This document shows positions 40,894 to 53,227 of a stretch of DNA of 64,000 nt, piece after piece. This DNA is from Guillardia theta CCMP2712 (taxonomy: Eukaryota; Protista; Cryptophyta): positions 464,167 to 528,166 of the forward strand of contig NW_005434664.1 in the NCBI RefSeq assembly GCF_000315625.1. The letters run 5' to 3'. The position numbers and the translations under genes are program-made. Positions within the stretch are counted from its first letter, which is position 1, and every line of letters starts with the position of its first letter. The notes under the pieces are model-generated. The model worked only from the letters and a program-made list of their open reading frames with translations. It ran no database searches and was not told the origin of the DNA.

Positions 40894-41736
40894 TCACTTC
40901 CCCCTCACTCGCTTCGCGATCACATCCAACTCCTCCTCGAACTTCTCGTACCATCCTGCCGCCTTCAGGTCCCGAAGCGCCTGCTCGTTGATGCCCCCGG
41001 GGGTCTGACTCTCTGCCGTGATGCCCTCGAAGCCTTGCTCGAGGTCTTTGCTGTCCTCCGCGTAGGAGTTGAACAAGGCTCCCACGAACTGACTCGACGC
41101 ACGGGGGCTGACTCCCTGCTTCACTATCCACTGGCTGGTGGTGGCCAGGAGCTGGTAGAAGGGAGCCATGGTGCCAGACACGCTCATGAGCGTCATGAGC
41201 TCATCCTCGGTCTCCACCTGGATCACTTTGACCGCCCGCCCGAAGAGCGAGGATACGACATCGTGCGGGGGGTGCAGGGGGATCCCTCCCACCCGCTTGG
41301 CGAAGGGCGGCATGGGAACAGCTCGGAAGAGTCTGTCGGATCCCCGCACAAGCTCCTTGAGCCTCTCGATCCTCACGGTGGACATGAAGGAGACGACAAC
41401 ATGGTCCGGACGAAAGTTGAGGGCGCTAAGGACGTCAGGCGCGAGCTGGGGCGTGACGGCAATGCAGACGATGTCGGAGTGATCGAGCACTTGCTGGTTT
41501 TCCGCGGCAACACGAACTTGAGCAGGGAAGCGACGAGCAAGAGCCTCGGCCTTCTCCTTGTTGCGCGGAGAAACCTGAAGGAAAGTTACAAGCGTAGAGA
41601 AATAGTGATGACAGGAGCAGAAGCAGGAGCAGGAGAAGCTTACGGTAATGGAGAGATCCTCCGCATCCTTCAAGCACAGGCCTGTGACAACGCATTCGGT
41701 GATCGTTCCTGTACCTACGAACCCAATTCGAATCAT
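40894..41736 (-). CDS. proC: Pyrroline-5-carboxylate reductase-like NAD(P)-binding protein
   Basis: IGFVGTGTI Rossmann motif, VSPRN, NQQVLDHSD, AVTPQ and SQTPGGINEQ. One intron at about 41576-41643. Confidence 0.8.
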   Translation of the reverse strand: MIRIGFVGTGTITECVVTGLCLKDAEDLSITVSFSCSCFCSCHHYFSTLVTFLQVSPRNKEKAEALARRFPAQVRVAAENQQVLDHSDIVCIAVTPQLAPDVLSALNFRPDHVVVSFMSTVRIERLKELVRGSDRLFRAVPMPPFAKRVGGIPLHPPHDVVSSLFGRAVKVIQVETEDELMTLMSVSGTMAPFYQLLATTSQWIVKQGVSPRASSQFVGALFNSYAEDSKDLEQGFEGITAESQTPGGINEQALRDLKAAGWYEKFEEELDVIAKRVRGK

Positions 41737-42154
41737 CTGCAACACGAGATCAGCGCCTGTCCCTCACTCCTGCTCTTCTTTCCTCTCCTCTACTGCTCCT
41801 TCCTCCAGTCCTCTCGCTTCCCTCCTTCACACTTCCATGATCTTCATGTTTTCATGAGAAATCGATCTGCATTCTTTCGTAATGCTGCTGTCCTGCTCAA
41901 CGCTAGAGAGCTGGTAGCGATAGATGCGGCACAAAGGGAGGGAAGGGCACGGCACGGGCCATGGCAGCGAGGGAGAAGGAGGAAGTGGAGGAGCAAGAGC
42001 GAGTGGAGGAGAGGAGATGAGCATGAAGCAGGAGGGGAGGCGGTAAGGAGGAGGAGGAGGCGAGAAGGATAAGCTGTGGGGCTGCCTTGCTTTCGCAGCA
42101 TTTCGGACGTTACATGCGTTACATTGGGGGAAAATGGCAGGGCGAGGAGACGCA

Positions 42155-42946
42155 ATGCTATGGACTGTGGCGAACGGGGTGACGGCAGGGAGGATCGTGA
42201 TGGTGATTGTGTTTGCTGTCTCTCCTCCTTCATTCTCCTCCCTCGCTGTCCTCCTCCTCTCCTTCATCCTTGACCTCGTCGATGGCATGCTGGCTCGGCG
42301 CCTGGGACAGACGAGCAAGCTCGGGGCGATCCTCGACATTCTTGCAGACAACCTGGGGAGGAGCGCAGTGTGGGCGAAGGCGTCGGGGAGGAGCGCGTCT
42401 GTGCATGCCTTCGCTGTCTTCTTCATCTCCCTCGAGTGGGTCACGCTCTTCGCTACTCAGATGACGAGCCACCTGGAGGGAGGCCGGTACCTCTACCCCC
42501 TCCTCCTCCCTTGACATGATTGCCCACCCCCTCCACCTCCCGTGACATGCTTGCCCACCCCCACCTCTTCCCTTGACATGCTTGCCCACCCCCACCTCCT
42601 CCCTTGACATGCTTGCCAGCCATTGGAAGCAGCAGACGTCCGAGGAGCCTTGGATGGTACGAGCCTACTTCAAGAACAACTTCAAGAACCCTCTGGGAAC
42701 AAGCGGCATCCTCGGCCTCTTCCTCCTCCCCACCTACATCTTCATCGATTCGCAATTCCCGTGAGCTGTTCGCCGTTGGCCTCAGAGGGTTGGTGATGGT
42801 TTTCCCGCAGATCCATCGCGAGTTCCTTCCCCCCATCCTTGTGGCTTCTTGTGGGCGTTTGGCTTCTGCTCGGCCGGCTGGCGTCTGCATGTTTGGAGAT
42901 GTACTTTACAATCAGATTCTTCCGCAGGCTGCTCAGCCCCTCATAG
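42155..42946 (+). CDS. CDP-alcohol phosphatidyltransferase, 3 exons
   Basis: ANGVTAGR and the signature DLVDGMLARRLGQTSKLGAILDILAD. Confidence 0.88.
42495..42618. repeat. ~31-bp tandem repeat x4 forming an intron
   Basis: Unit CCCACCTCCTCCCTTGACATGCTTGCCCACC. The last copy ends in the CAG acceptor. Confidence 0.85.
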
Positions 42947-43016
42947 CGCCATGCCATCTCCGCGCGTCGCCGGAGGCCCGAGGCTCCATGAGGGTGGACC
43001 GGTCGATCGGCCGCGT

Positions 43017-45456
43017 CTACCACATGAAACGAGCTACAGAACCATCCGGCCACCTGTAGGACATGCTTGCTTGCAACCTTGAGGGACAGGACAAAGTCTG
43101 ACCTGAAGGTTCGGAACAAGAAGACGTAGAGGTAAACAGCGTTCACCAACGTGTACGCTGCCAGAGTGAGCCATGCCGGCATGTCTCGGCGCGTCTGCTG
43201 CAAGGGATATTTGAGACGGCAATGTATCAGCCTCTCGTTACCTCTCCCTTCTGCGCTCTGCGGCCTCCTGCTGCACATTTGTGTCAGGAGGGCAGAGGAG
43301 AAGATGGTGGGAGGAAGGGAAAGATAGAGGCCTGTACCTCCTTGATCGTCAGGCGGCAGATGAATGAGCAGGAAAGTGACGGGGATGATGAAGTATCGGG
43401 GCTCCAACAAGCCGGTGGGGATCACCGTCAGGACGGAGCAGAAGAGAAACCTGGAGAGAGCAGCGAGTTGGAGCAGCTCGCAGGCAAGAGGCTAGTCGGA
43501 CCACGTGACCCAGACTGAACTCCGACGGCAGCGAAGGAGACTGTAAGTCGAGTACACCTGCTCGATCCCTTCACTTGTCACAGTCGGGGAGAACTCGTCG
43601 GCACTGACAGAGTACATGTAGAAGGGAGCGAGAGCATACCTACAAGACCCTCAGTGTCGTTATCGCCCTTCTCTTCAACTTACCGAGGCCAAGTCCGGCT
43701 TCTGAAGACATTCTTCCAGATGTAAAAGACGTAGTGCCTGTTGTCTTGGAACTCGTTAGAGATCCAAAGGTGCAGCTGGCAAGAATACCAGAGAGAAGGA
43801 AGGGATGTGCGTATGTGAAATTGTGTATCAAGTAAACAATAGCGGCAAGACTGGAACATGTAAGGAAAAAATTGGTTCTGTGGAAAGGTTTCAATGGCGA
43901 CAAGGAACAGGTTTGGTTGCCTGATTGCTGAGATGAAGTTCCGTAACGAAGGCGAGAAGATGTGGAAGGGAGAAGACACCAGCCAAGCAAAGGAACTCAA
44001 GTAAACTAGCGAGTTGAAATCTGTCAAAGTCGACGAGGGATCGGAGCCGCTTACACGCTTGCATAGGGTGAAGTCCAACTTCATGATTGCTCCTGCCGAA
44101 TGCTAAGTGAGGGTCAAGACGAGGAGAGGAGGCGAGCCACTTGTCTCCCACAGCGAATCCTCCGTTCTTGTACACGAAAACAAGAAATCCCAGCAAGACC
44201 AGCAGCAGGGGAAGCGAATGTGCTGTAAAAGAGTTTCAACCAGCCCGACAGTCTCGATGAGTTCGCACCCAACACCCTCCTTAGGTTCTTCCACACGCAG
44301 AGGAGCCTGATGATGCTGATCACTTCCTCCAACAAGTTCTTGTTGTCCTGCGTGAATCTCTTTCAGCTGTCAGCATCACGCGGAGCAGAGCTTGACCTCC
44401 TGAGTACTGCCAAACTCCTGCAACACCAGCACCCCCAGCCCAAACCTGCAGCTCGCTCAGACCCATCGCTCACCTCCCAACGTCTACTCACCCAGTCCAG
44501 ATCACACACGTCTGACGACAGAAGATTGCCAGCGCTCCTAGACACGCTTCAACACGTCGAAACATGTGTGAAAGCGACAGACCGGACATGGCGGCCTGCA
44601 GCGTTCTGCGAGCAAGAAGACGCTCGTAGGTCACGAGAGTCATGAGAGTTGCTATGGCATCCGTGTAGAAGCTATGAGAGATATTAGAGAGCAGAGAGAG
44701 GAGGAGAGCAGGTTACAGGAAGTAGGACGAGAACTGGACGGGAAAGAATATCACAACTGCAACCCTGCCGCAGACCACCATCATTGCGAATCATCGCGAT
44801 GCTCTGACCACCTCAGCAGCGTGCTGCCCCTTGAAAGATCGTGCGAGCCGTTCACTCGCTTCACGAGCATGCACACAACTCCTGCGGTCAGGACGCCGAC
44901 AAACAAGTTGAAAGTCCTTAGCTCCTCCACATCGCAGCCGAGGCCTGGCAGAAGCCCGGACGACGTGGCCTTGCTCGGTTCCAATTCCAACCATCGCAGA
45001 GATCGAAGCAGAGACGTGAAGGCGTTGGAGGCAGGCAAGAGCGCGAGGGACATCCAGTATAGCCCGGGCAGCCTGCCAGCTCGCGTCTTAGACACTCGGC
45101 CCACTCACCATTTGCCTGCTACGTCGAGATCTTGGGATCCCAGGAAGAAAACTCTCCCCTGCAACCAGCGTCAGCACGTGTAGCATAGGAGACTCGTAGA
45201 CCTGCAGTAAGCTTGTGTCTGAGGAATGTGAAAGACCTCATCCATGTATGGCTCAACGTTCTGCCTCTGTGAATCCCGGTCAGCAACGCAAAACTTCCCA
45301 ACACTCGGCAGGAGCGTGAGGGGGATGATCATCACGAGCGAGCAGAAGCTGTTGGTCTGGACATCAACAGCAATTTCTCTTCGGATCTCTCACCGTCATC
45401 ATCATCTTCCCCGCCATCATCCCCGCCATCGCCATCGCCATGGCTTCGACTGCCAT
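43017..45456 (-). CDS. ALG10: Dol-P-Glc alpha-1,2-glucosyltransferase (ALG10/DIE2), many exons
   Basis: PYMDEVFHIPQTQAYC, WDPKIST, PGLY, RQT, AVGDK, HPFLLS-DNRHYVFYIWK, LLEPRYFIIP and C-terminal ARFMW*. Confidence 0.93.
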
Positions 45457-45763
45457 GGCGATCTCTAGCTAGTTGGCAGGGCTTCGTGTGTTCTAGATCT
45501 TGATCTAGATTTGTGATTTATCTAGATTTTTGATCTACTCGACTGATACTGCGACTCCCCGATGGACGGGACGGGAGGCTGAGGAGGGGGGGGAGGGGGA
45601 GAGAGGAGGAGGAGGAGGAGGAGGAGGAGGAGGAGGAGGAGGAGGAGGGAAGAAGCTGCTGCCTATGAATGCGAAGAAGGCAAGAGGTTGAGAGCTGATG
45701 CTTCTTGACACGACGAGCGTATCGCATGACCCTGCATGAAGAGTAGCAACGGGAACAGAGAGC

Positions 45764-48700
45764 ATGCGAGCGAGCGATGCGGTGGTTGTCGTTGTCACGG
45801 CTCTCCTCCTCTTCCATGGAACAGATGAATCCACACAAGGTGAAAGAGACAGTGCCTCGCTGCTCCCTCCTCCTGCTCGTTGGGCGGATCTTAGGACAAG
45901 TTCCATTCCAACAGGCCCTGCCCGGCGATTGCGAGGAGGCGGCGATGAGGTCGAACAGTCGGCTGTGACCTTCTGCCAGCAGCTCCTGCAGGGAAGCTTG
46001 GACGCCAACGAGACGTAGGCGTTCTGATATCCGTGTGTCGGGAGTGATTTTGGTGCACAGAATGATAGTAGAGAACGCATGGCTGTTGTCATCCAAACGA
46101 AGATACGTCCAACAGGCTTTTGATTTGTTGTGCAAAGCTGTAAAGATGTTTCCAAGTAGCGCGCGGTACCCATTTTAGTTGCACGACCATGTGGTTTTGA
46201 TGAATGTTTCAGCATACATCACTCTCTGGGCATTTTGCACCTGCAATGCAGTCAGAACTTTGTGGAAGCAGAGTACCATCTAAAACGGTCGTGCGAGTTG
46301 GAACCAAGCTTCACGAAGCCATGGTCACTTGTCTGCTCTCTGTGGGAGGAGCTGCTGAGAAAGATTCAAGGTGTGGCATCGTCTACCTCAGGTTGTGCGC
46401 CGGAGACATGGAGGAAGCTCGTGCAAGCGTCGAGGACGTCGCTAGGAAGTTTCCTGTCGGAGCTCTGATTCTGTGGCAACCAACGGCCTGAACGACTTCT
46501 TGGCAGGAGGACCCCAAAGTCTGCCATGACGCTGCGATGCTGGTGAGAGGATCGGAGGACGTCGGAGTCGCTGACTCCTCGGCACCACGCAGTCGCTGCA
46601 AATGGGGCAGGAAGCGGATACTGAGCAGGGGAAACGACTGCTCCTGAGGGCCATCGAGTTGAGACCTAATCAGAGCTTGAGCTCAGCCTTGCTGGCCAGC
46701 GTCTATGTGGGTGGAGGATGTAGACGAAGCCGCGTTGACCCTTGAGAACCGCAGCTCGACGAGGAACGTGAAGATGCGGCGGAGAAGGTCCTGAGGGACG
46801 CGTACGTTCTCGAGCCCTCGAGCCCGCTGCTCCTTACCGCTCTTGCTGAGCTGATGAAGAGGAGGCACAAGAACTTCGCCGCCTCTGCTCTCGTGCGCTG
46901 CCGTTGGTGAGGCTGTCTGCCCTGATGAAAGCCTGCAGTACAAGCGAGCGATAGAGGTTGACCCGGGACTCCATCCTGAGATCAAAGTTGGACGTTGAGG
47001 GAGACGCGGCAGACCCTGACATGCGTTGCTGCAGGCAGAGTATGCTAGCTTCTGCACAGACGTCGAGGAGATGAATGAGAAGTCTCATCTTCACGGAGGA
47101 AAACTCTATCGCAAGGCCATTGCGGTTCGCTGCCTGCCGCTGCTGCTTCTTCCTGACCCGCTGCTCGAAGGAAATGTATGAGACGACGGAGTGGGGGAGA
47201 TTGCTAAACAGGTCCAGTCTTGTCCACTACCTGTGCAGGTATGGAAGCATGTTATCGTCTTTGGATCAGCCAAGTGTGCGGAGCTGGTGAGGACGATGCC
47301 GTTGCGGCCTTGAAGCGCGTGACAGGTCACAGGAATAGGGAAAAGAGAAAAGAAGATGAAGAGGACGACGAGTCTGAAGTTGTGCGCGAGTCTATACGAG
47401 GCATCGAACCTCTCTTGGACATGGAAGACTTCCGTCCCTCGAGCATCTCCGAAGTCGTCTTCCGCATCTTCTTGAAAGCATCGAAGTTGGAGCCGAGGAA
47501 TTCAGACGCTTTGAAGGTGAGAAGGTGAAGAGGAAGATGAAAGGAGAGGGAGGGAGAGAGGAAGGAGGTGAAGAGAGAAATGAAAGGAAAGAAGAGGGAG
47601 GGAGAGAGGAAGGAGGTTTCAACGGTTTGATGCTGGCGCAAGGGCCTCGGCAACTCTATCTTTCACTCCAGCAAGGTGACCGACCGTCTCTCGCTCTCGT
47701 CTCACCTCAGGGCATCAGGACTTGAACAAGGCTGAGATGCTCTTCCGTAGAGTCGTTGCTATCGATCCTCAAGACGGTGCAAGGAGTCTGCAGGTGTCAG
47801 GCCGGCTGACTGGCAGCAGGTCACTCGTTCGCCAACATCGCAGCCATCAAACTCTCTCAGTGGCTCAGTCGCGCCGAGTACTCCTTCGCCGAAGAGAACC
47901 CCTTCAGTCACATCACTCCCATCGTTCGCCACGTGCGCGCACTCCCTGCGGTGATGGCTCAGTGACTATGATACCAGGCGGTCCGGCTCGACCCGGCGAG
48001 CGCGTACGTTAAGTACGTTCACGCCGTCTACATGCTGCGGTGCGAGAAGAACGGGAGTGTTGCTGTGGAGGAGCTGCGACAAGCCGTGAGAAGAGACGGG
48101 GCGCATGACGGGGCTGACTGAAGGTCAGGTCATGATGGAGCCCAACAACCAGGTTTACTACGGGCTGCTCTCCAACGCCTTCCTGCAGAGAGCCGACGAG
48201 TACCGGGCGGAGTTGGTGACCGACGCTCAGTCGAGCAAGTGGATCATCAAGAGGACGGAAGACTACGAGGCAGGAGCGACCGCTCTGATACAGGCGAGGC
48301 GCCTGCTGCTCCAGTCTCGGGCTGACGGGCAGATGCAGCACTACAAGCTGCGGCTCAAGGCCGAGGAAGGGATGGACCCCGAGGAGGTCGAGAGAGACCT
48401 GGCGCAACGCGTGGAGATTGAGAAGCAGAAATCCTTCGACATGCAAGCTATCCGGCTGGTGCCTCTCCCCCTCCTCCCCCTCCTCTCCTTACCCTCGTCG
48501 CATCACCACAGGCCATCCAGTCGCTCCGAGACGACACCTACTTCTCAAGCCTCGACAAGAGGACGCTCTCCCGGTCCGACTGGTTCACCACCATCGGCAT
48601 TCAGGTGCCCTGACCCCTCGCGTCTCTCGTTCCAACCGGCTGGCAGGGCGGGACTTTCTTCAACGTGTCGAGGTTGGCCCAGTCAGGGGCGCTCAAGGAA

Positions 48701-49897
48701 GACGAGGAGGCAGAGGGAGGAGGAGACTGACGGCCCGGCAGGGTCTGGAGGAGCAGGACAAGGAATGGATCGAATCGTACACCGAGAGGTCGAAGCAGAG
48801 TAAGCTTCCTGTCTTACTTGCCCTCGCACTGCTGACTCCTGCCTGCCAGTCTCGGTCAACCCCTTGCAGGACGTGACGGGGACGCTGGCGATGCAGCGGA
48901 GGAAGCTGCTGGGACTCACGGGCCGCAACTTTCCCATGCCTGAGGTTGAGCTCAAGTCGCTGGAGTACTTCAAGCACAACCGATCAGAGGAGTCGCAAAG
49001 CTTTTCTGACGCTGATCACGTCAAGGGGGAAGGAGCTGTCGACGCGAGTTCCATCATGACAGCAGATGTCGTGGGATCAGAAGATGTGGAGGCGGAGATC
49101 GAGAAGAAGCTCGCGGTCCTCGCGCAAGCTGAAGCCTCCAAGCCCGTGACTCAGCCAGCCTCGGGCTCTCGCAGGCCGAGGAACCTTGAGGTTGAGAGAG
49201 AGGCCGGGAGCAGCCTCGCGCGGGTGGTGGAGGTCCCAACGGCAGAGAACAAGTGGGACTTTGAGCCGAGCAGCAAGCGTCCTCGCATTCTCCATGATGT
49301 GAGCTCATACCACTGCTTGCTCCCTCCCTCCCTCCCTCTCTCTCTTTCTCTCTCATGCAGCCTTTTAGCCAAACCAAGACGTCCCCAAGCTTCCGGTCGT
49401 CATTCCGGAGCTGAACGCGCCTATTGTCGATGCTCGCATGGTTGCTGAGGAAATCCTGTCTCGATACGTGGAGGAAGATGTAGACGAGACAGTAGCTCGC
49501 TCTTGTTGCCTCTGATCGCGCTCGCAGGTGTTCAGTGTGAGGATAGTGGGGTTGAATCCCGACGTCGACGACGAGAAGCTGGAGAGATTCCTGCAGTCTT
49601 TGCTCGGGGAGAGCAGGGGCAGCATCAAGAAAGTTGAGGTGCACTTCGACGAGGAGACAGGTCAGCTCGCCCCTACAGCAACGAGAGCTGATAAGCTTGT
49701 CATGACGCAGGTGACTCTTACGGTCGAGCGACAGTCAGCTTCACGAGCAGAGCATCGGTGACTTGTTGCCAGTCCTTCCCATCCTGACCCTGCTGCTCCT
49801 CCAGGCTGATCATGTTTGCAACATGCTGCACAACAGATGTCCAGAGGACATTGGCACGTACGGGTCAACGCTGCAAGTGAAACTGCTTCGCAAGTAA
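45764..49897 (+). CDS. TPR-repeat protein with an N-terminal signal-like segment and a C-terminal RRM
   Basis: TPR-like helices (AEYHLKRSCELEP, LLRAIELRP, YKRAIEVDP, AEMLFRRVVAIDP). RRM reads SVRIVGLNPDVDDEKLERF..SYGRATVSF. It could be two genes. Confidence 0.65.
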
Positions 49898-49975
49898 AGG
49901 AGGCTGAGGATATAAGCTAATACCACAATTCACTGCCTCCTCACATCATGTTCATCCTTATTCTACTTCATCGCC

Positions 49976-50435
49976 TTCACTTCGGCGCGGCGTCCCATGA
50001 CATGCCGCAATCGTTCCTGTACGCCTCCTCCTCCGCTTCTTCGAGGCTACATCAACACAACTTCGTCAGCGCAAGAGATCGCGGAGAGTGAAGGTGGCCG
50101 CCGCACCTGCTCATGGGACCTGCTCCTGTAGGGTCGATCCTGATGTAAACGTTGACATTCTTGAGCTGAGTCATTCGGAGGAGCTGCGAGTCTCGATCAG
50201 CTCCTCCCGTCTCCTTTCCCTTCTCTTTTTTCTTCTCCCTTCTGCCGCGTTCTGCCTTCCCCAAGTTCTCCCCGCGCCCGTCTCTCTTCGCTCTTCTTTC
50301 AGCCTGTGCCAGTGTTCTTCCCTCCTCCTCCTCCTCCTCCTCCTCCTCCTCCTCCTCCTCCTCCTCCTCCTCCTCCTCCTCCTCCTCCTCCTCCTCCTCC
50401 TCTTCCCTCCTCCTCCCTTGTCTCTTTCGACATTC
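49976..50435 (-). CDS. Very small hypothetical spliced protein
   Basis: MTQLKNVNVYIRIDPTGAGPMS|LEEAEEEAYRNDCGMSWDAAPK* with a plausible short intron. Confidence 0.3.
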
Positions 50436-50568
50436 ATACCGCAAACATGGCGACGGTGCAGCCGATTTAGAGCGCCGGGCCGCCCTGCGGGCCGCCTCGG
50501 GAATGAGATGAGGGAACGAGGGCGATGAGTGAAATATGAGGGCGATGATTATTAATCAGCGACTGAGC

Positions 50569-51972
50569 ATGGAGGATGAGCTGAGGAAAACTGTAGGGGG
50601 GCACATGCGACGAGTGAGAGGAGGAGAGGAGGAGAGCAGAGAAGCTTCCGAGCGAGAGTTCAAGGCTGCCTGCTCCACCCTCAAGAGGTTCGTCAAGGAT
50701 GGCCCTTCCACTGCTGGCCCCTTGGCGTTCGGGGTCCTCCTTCGCCACCTTCGGTGCTCCAACTGCAAGGTGAGAGGACGAGGGTGAAGGTACCTCCCTG
50801 GTCTTGTCTGTGTAGTTGAGATAGAACTTTCAAATAGATTGCCTTCTCTTGTCACCCTCTGATCGATCTTTGTGTTGCAGGAGCGTTACTACGCCTTCAA
50901 GTTGACAGACTTTGTGTTCTGCAGGTCAGCGTCTTTTCGAAACTGTGTAGTAGAGAATCTAGATGAAATTTTATTGCTGGGAACCGGGCTGAAGTCAGAT
51001 AAGCCTCTCCCCCCTCCAGTTCGATACGCTAAGCTGTTACGGGATGAATTTAGATCTATGCTCAAGTCCTGGGCTACTGAGCATGGCGCCAAATATAAGA
51101 GTCTGAACCTGGGCTTGAGTTATGTGACAAGATCGACAGGTTCTGAGCCATCTAGAAACAATCACATCAATGAGCAGGTGATATCTCGATTGGATGAAGT
51201 TCAAAGAAGAGAGCTCTCAAAAGCTGCAAGGAAGACACTGCAAATCAGCTCTAAGCACACTGGGTCAATGCGCACTTACGTCCTCTCGTTTCGAAGGCGC
51301 CTCGAAGACTCTCTGGACTTTCCAGTATTCTCGATGCTAGAGGAGAACGCCGCAGAGCAGCAAGCAGAACGTGAGAGCGAGGAAAAGGCTTGCAACCCTG
51401 AACAACCGATGAGCTTCGACGATCTCGTTGATGACGATAGTGACAATGAGCATTCTGAGGAGGAGAACGTCGAGCAGTTTGCGAGAGATTTCGGGCTGCC
51501 AGCAGCAAACTATTCCATCAACGTTTCTGTTGGTGGAAGCTCGGAAGTAATGAAGAAGAGAATGACGGACACTGATCGAACTCGATTCCAGAATGAGCTC
51601 AGATCCATCGGCAAACATCTGAATCAATTGTCTGAGTGGGAGCAGCGAATAAATGAAGCAGTCACAAGGAGAACGTTATCCGATGATCAGCTGCATGCGT
51701 ATCAGGACATACAGAAGCTAAAGGATCTCTGTCAAGAAACCTTGACCAGGTGTCAGCAAGTGGGTTTGCATCACGAGGCTTTCGAACAGAATCTATCAGA
51801 TTCAGAATGCGAGATGGAGGAAGTGAACATTTTTCCTGCCTCGCATGTCTCACCGGGAACTCAAGAGCCGTCGGATGTGGCAGGTGAGGTGCACAAGCTT
51901 CAACAGACAATCGTTGGTCATCAGGAGAAGAGACGGAAAACAGGGGCAGGAGTTGTGGGCAAGACCCGATAG
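50569..51972 (+). CDS. UVSSA: UVSSA-like protein (N-terminal VHS-like domain)
   Basis: RYYAFKLTDFVFCRSASFRNCVVENLDEILLLGTG..KPLPPP..W..EHG..YKSLNLG matches the UVSSA N-terminal pattern. Intron at about 50770-50880. Confidence 0.78.
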
Positions 51973-52323
51973 ACACGTTTACAGACTGTACAGAGATATG
52001 TGAGGTTGACATCTGTCGATGAATGGGAACTCCACAAACTTGTGCTCTATGATCGACGGAAAGTGATGTGAAGAGAGGATGATTGAATAGAAGGTATTGT
52101 GAATGAAAGAACGACACACAGCCAGTCGTCAAAATGCAATTTTACTGATCACAGTGACAGAGACGCATAGCCCCAACACTTTAGACTCATTTCAAATGTT
52201 AAAAAGGCCCCGAAAAATCCGTGAGGTAGAAGTCGCGCCATCAAGTCAGCGAAAGATGCATTAAGGATGAGCTGCTGTTCAGAAAACTAGAGCCTTTAAC
52301 TGAAAGATGTGAACATGAGATCA

Positions 52324-52968
52324 TCAGATGCTCTGGTATGAACCGTCGCCGCTGTTGATGCGCGGGCCTCGCTTCTGAACAAACGTCTTGATCCTCTCCC
52401 GGGCATTGTCAACGAAGTCGACAGTGAACTGATCGCCTCTCCGGTAAGAGACGAAGACGAGCGCTGCACAAAAGCACAGGAAGAGAGCCATCCAGAACAT
52501 CTGACTGACTGCTCGGCTGTATCCGTCCGACACGGCTTCCAGCGACTCGTTCCATCTCTCTGCCCTGTCATACCCCGAGATCCTCTGCGAGTCTCCCGCG
52601 TACTCTCCGTTGCCGTAGGAGCCTCTCCCACCTTGGTTACCGCATCCATCTTGCTTGATCCAGGTGGTGTCGCCCACCTGCTGCTGGATGCCAGGCCCTG
52701 AACGAACTTCATACAGACCCACCCCTAGAGAGATCGCTTCGCTGTCGCCGTACGCTGTCTTGGTAATGCCACCGCAATCTGCCAGAGCATTGCAGTGCTG
52801 CTCCGCCTCCTCTAGAGTCTCAAAACTTCTACAATCATCGACGCATCCATCCAGCAACACGCTCTCGAAAGGACCATCAAAGCACTCAAGCGAAGGCTCT
52901 CCGTGAGCAAGGTGAGGTTGGTGACTCAAGATCAAAACAGTGATAACAAGAAGAAAGCGAGAAGCCAT
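52324..52968 (-). CDS. Type I membrane protein with a small Cys-rich extracellular domain
   Basis: Signal peptide, then TLEEAEQHCNALADCGGIT..YEVR..TTWIK, then TM MFWMALFLCFCAALVFVSY. Confidence 0.75.
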   Translation of the reverse strand: MASRFLLVITVLILSHQPHLAHGEPSLECFDGPFESVLLDGCVDDCRSFETLEEAEQHCNALADCGGITKTAYGDSEAISLGVGLYEVRSGPGIQQQVGDTTWIKQDGCGNQGGRGSYGNGEYAGDSQRISGYDRAERWNESLEAVSDGYSRAVSQMFWMALFLCFCAALVFVSYRRGDQFTVDFVDNARERIKTFVQKRGPRINSGDGSYQSI

Positions 52969-53166
52969 GGGGTCAATGCACAGAGTCTGGGATTGGCTGT
53001 TGGCGGAGTTGAATGTTAGAAGGCTGTCCCACTGTAGGAAAACAGACACAAGTCAGATCATTTTGTCTCTCCAAGGGAATAAGTTTGAAAACCAAAATAT
53101 TTCCCGTTATTTCTGCTCACCAGCTCACCGAAGAAATCCTACAACACTAAAACTCATTGCTGCTAT

Positions 53167-53227
53167 CATTACTGCTCTATCCTCTGGGCTTTCATCATTA
53201 CTGCTCTATCCTCTGGGCTTTCATCAT
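53167..53227. repeat. 29-bp direct tandem duplication
   Basis: TCATTACTGCTCTATCCTCTGGGCTTTCA x2. Confidence 0.9.

Noticed and set aside
41035-42072. 345-aa plus-strand ORF
   Set aside because: It is antisense to the proC-like gene.
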